Assembly (NCBI GenBank): GCA_965221165.1
Contig: CBDCRP010000003.1
Location: 1,408,001 to 1,472,000, forward strand
Reading direction: 5' to 3'
From: a bacterium
GTDB lineage: Bacteria; UBA8248
Length of the DNA stretch: 64,000 bases
Both the position numbers and the translations under genes were made by a program. This document shows positions 63,818 through 64,000 of this stretch, one piece after another (within the stretch, counting starts at the first letter, position 1; each line of letters starts with the position of its first letter). The notes below the pieces were generated by a model. The model had not been told where the DNA came from and ran no database searches. It saw only the letters and a program-made list of their open reading frames with translations.

Positions 63818-64000
63818 TTGAAACGCCAAACATTGCTAAAACAATTCCCAAAATTTATTAGCGCGTTTGGCGCTTCGGTTTTAAGTCTGTCCGTTGTTTA
63901 TGATTATGGTTTTTTCAAAATCCTAGGAACTAGTTTTTCGGAAATCCCAACTACATTGTCGGACCATTTGAGAAGTTCTTTAACATGGATTCCAGAAACA
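63818..64000 (+). CDS. AT-rich hypothetical membrane protein (partial)
   Basis: TTG after AAGGAG; open to the window end: MKRQTLLKQFPKFISAFGASVLSLSVVYDYGFF... Confidence 0.45.
   Translation, partial: MKRQTLLKQFPKFISAFGASVLSLSVVYDYGFFKILGTSFSEIPTTLSDHLRSSLTWIPET

Overview
GC-rich bacterial chromosomal window; the organism cannot be fixed from sequence alone. (1) 1-17.2 kb is housekeeping: rplT'-rpmI-infC-thrS, tRNA-Val, clpX-clpP-tig, tRNA-Leu, metH, folE2, a MetE-like gene and ftsH. (2) About 17.3-46.3 kb is a variable, mosaic region. It holds a GHKL kinase-STAS-PIN triad, higBA, an ABC-type ATPase plus putative nuclease pair, HNH nucleases, decayed DGQHR/HNH/Res/DctP genes, IS3 and IS66 scars, a duplicated pdxH 3' end, and four tandem Apea-like HEPN genes. 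Three of the HEPN genes carry their own promoter and a conserved structured leader of about 135 nt. (3) Inside that region is an IclR-led glycine-reductase-like selenoprotein operon (grdA-C-E-B plus a tripartite tricarboxylate transporter and a divergent TauE) with unusual catalytic-site substitutions. (4) Three genes that the ORF track splits are better read as selenoproteins with in-frame UGA: a deiodinase-like protein, GrdB and GrdA. (5) 46.7-64 kb holds transport and catabolic genes, including a sugar-ABC ATPase with a roughly 150-aa four-helix membrane insertion inside its second nucleotide-binding domain, an oversized TAXI-TRAP permease, and tandem QueG/reductive-dehalogenase-like paralogs. 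All product calls are by motif recognition; no database searches were run.
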